DNA of 26,077 bases from a virus (Duplodnaviria; Caudoviricetes), in the IMG/VR virus record IMGVR_UViG_3300037440_000267, positions 1 through 26,077 of that record. One strand, given 5' to 3'. Below, piece after piece: positions 25,771 through 26,077 of the stretch. A program made the translations under genes and the position numbers. The notes under the pieces are model-generated. The model was not told the origin of the DNA and did not search any database. It saw only the letters and a list, made by a program, of their open reading frames with translations. How positions within the stretch are numbered: the stretch's first letter is position 1; every line of letters begins with the position of its first letter.

Positions 25771-26006
25771 CCGACACCATACCCTGCTCAACCTGCGGCG
25801 GTAGCGGCAAACGAGCTTGTCAACTGTGCAAGGAGGTCCACCGAAACACGCCGCCCTACATCGGTTGCACGGGCGGTCGGTGCCCAACCTGCGGGGGGAA
25901 GGGAAAGTTCTATGACGGACCGGCAGACGACAGTCGCACAAACTTGGTCGAATGCCCCGATTGCTCGGCCGCGGACATGAGTCGGGCAGACGGAGGAGGG
26001 GCATGA
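25767..26006 (+). CDS. DnaJ-type CxxCxGxG zinc-finger protein
   Basis: CSTCGGSG, CPTCGGKG, CPDC. Confidence 0.65.
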   Translation: MTDTIPCSTCGGSGKRACQLCKEVHRNTPPYIGCTGGRCPTCGGKGKFYDGPADDSRTNLVECPDCSAADMSRADGGGA

Positions 26007-26077
26007 AACTCCTCGACTTGTTCTGCGGTGCTGGTGGAGCAGCTATGGGGTATTCGCAGGCAGGGTTCACCGAGATT
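26003..26077 (+). CDS. DNA cytosine-C5 methyltransferase, 3'-truncated
   Basis: MKLLDLFCGAGGAAMGYSQAGF (motif I). Confidence 0.85.
   Translation, partial: MKLLDLFCGAGGAAMGYSQAGFTEI

Larger units (their letters stand above)
25079..26005 (+). repeat. Three copies of a 22-bp start-associated repeat GGGCAGACGGAGG-NN-GGGCATG
   Basis: Copies at 25079-25100, 25305-25326 and 25984-26005, each ending in a start codon. Confidence 0.9.

Overview
The window is a contiguous piece of a high-GC temperate siphovirus (phage or prophage). The host is most likely Actinomycetota, inferred from the r1t-type holin, leaderless SigA-type promoters and an LPxTG protein. Gene order on the + strand: terminase large subunit (5'-truncated), portal, fused prohead protease/major capsid, head/neck accessory genes including a Trp-repeat fibre, adaptor, tail terminator, tail tube, tape measure, distal tail and fibre/spike genes, then a lysis cassette, a terminator, a divergent repressor/Cro switch and a tightly coupled early operon of small ORFs ending in adenine and cytosine methyltransferases (the last is 3'-truncated). 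No integrase, tRNA or CRISPR array is seen. Most unusual: (1) early and tail gene junctions are duplicated as 12-30 bp direct repeats spanning RBS, stop and start, which bracket 1-3 gene cassettes; (2) TerL appears to lack two RNase H catalytic acidic residues; (3) two HNH genes sit antisense in the late operon, each with its own leaderless promoter; (4) the tail tube gene has apparently lost its ATG (ATC at 8200), and several other single-base lesions occur near gene starts. All calls come from reading motifs by eye; no database searches were run.
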